From NCBI RefSeq assembly GCF_009914755.1, contig NC_060934.1: 64,000 bases of DNA. The stretch is one strand, 5' to 3'. A program made the translations under genes and the position numbers. How positions within the stretch are numbered: the first letter of the stretch is position 1; every line of letters begins with the position of its first letter. Positions 62,900 through 64,000 of this stretch are shown here, in pieces. Under the pieces are notes generated by a model. The model saw only the letters and a program-made list of their open reading frames with translations, did no database searches and had not been told where the DNA came from. This DNA comes from the human T2T-CHM13v2.0 reference genome, Homo sapiens.

Positions 62900-63033
62900 G
62901 AATGTGCACCCTTGAAAATTTATGTTGAAACTTAGATCCTTTTGGGAAGTGATTAAATCATGAGGGTTCCCAAAACTATGAAAACCCTGGAAGACAACCT
63001 AGGCAATATCATACTGGACATAGCATGGGCAAA
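62900..63033 (+). repeat. Dispersed copy of the MST/L1 junction from 9447-9608
   Basis: Shares gaagtgattaaatcatgagggttccca(g/a)aactat...aacctaggcaata...atgggcaaa across the LTR-to-L1 junction. Confidence 0.88.
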
Positions 63034-63616
63034 CTGGTTTTTTGAGGTGGAATCTACTCCTGGTAAAGATATTGTAAACATGGATGAAATAACCAAAAAC
63101 AACTCAGAATGTTATGTAAACTTAGTTGATAGAGTAGTTGCATGGTTTAAGAGTATTGACTGCAATTTTAAAAGTTTTCCTGTGGGTAAAATGCTATCAG
63201 ACAACATCACATGCTACAGAGAAATATTTTATAAAAGGAATAGTCAAGATGCAGCAAACTTTACTTTTGTCTTATTTTAAGAAGCTATCACAGCCACCCA
63301 AACTTCATCAACCAGCACCCTGATCAGTCAGCAGGCACCAGCATGGAGGAAAGACCTTCCACCAGCAAAAAGATTATGACTCCCTGAAGGCTCAGATGAT
63401 TGTTAGCATTTTTAGTAATTAAGTATTTTTAAATTAAGATATGTACATTGTTCTTTTTAGACATTATGTTTTTGCTACTTAATAAACTACAGTGTAGTGT
63501 AAAGATAACTTCAATGCACTGAGAAACCAAAATTTTTGTGTGTCTCACTTTATTGCAATATTTGCTTTATTGTGATGGCCTAGAATGGAATGTGCAATTT
63601 CTCCAAGGTATGCCTG
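63034..63616 (+). mobile_element. Tigger1 3' fragment with right TIR
   Basis: Encodes WFFEVESTPG...VGKMLS...CYREIF...LLSYFKKL; ends aaggtatgcctg followed by TA. Confidence 0.92.
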
Positions 63617-63945
63617 TATACTCAGAAGTGGGATTGCTGGACCCTATAATAGTTCTATTTTTAACAATTTAGGAAATGTTCATATGATTTTCTATAATGG
63701 CTGCACCAATTTACACTCTCATCAACAGTGTGCAGGTGTTCCCTTTTGTTCATATCATCATCAACTTTTTTTATCTTTAGACTTTCTTAAGTCTAAAGGT
63801 GTAAGGTGATATCTCATTGTGGTTTTGATTTGCGTTTCCCTGATGAGTTGTCTGTCAAGCATGTTTTCATATACCTGTTGGTCATGTGTATGTCTTCTTT
63901 GGAAAACTGTCTATCCAGGTCCTTTGCTCATGTTTTAATCTGGCT
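63617..63945 (-). mobile_element. L1M fragment
   Basis: cagaagtgggattgctgga...tctcattgtggttttgatttgcgtttccctgatga. Confidence 0.8.
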
Positions 63946-64000
63946 AAAATATTTATCCATTCTTAAGCATCCATCTCAAGTACACTTCTGCTGTAAAGGT

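Overview
AT-rich primate (most likely human) intergenic or deep-intronic DNA, more than half of it decayed transposable elements. It holds about a dozen Alus (J, S and Y types), one full-length but inactivated ~6.1 kb L1PA5-like LINE with a perfect 18-bp TSD, and several truncated older L1s. It also holds a near full-length Tigger1 carrying nested LTR8, MER4 and Alu insertions, solo LTRs (MER67, MST, LTR28, MER11, THE1B, MLT1), a 3'-truncated MER61 provirus and hAT/Tc-Mar MITEs. I recognise no protein-coding gene, RNA gene or CRISPR array; nearly all listed ORFs are Alu, L1 or Tigger read-throughs or chance frames. Subfamily names come from remembered consensus sequences, not a database run. 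The strongest unexplained signal is a ~135-bp copy at 62.9-63.0 kb of an MST-LTR/L1 insertion junction found 53 kb upstream (9.45-9.61 kb); there it creates an LTR-ATG/L1-ORF2/Tigger1-transposase chimeric ORF. Several smaller template-switch-like scars (a 49-bp local templated insertion, a micro-inversion, direct-inverted-direct triplications) are also visible. More speculative items are a chain of small exon-like units on the minus strand and a recursive-splice-site-like motif on the plus strand.
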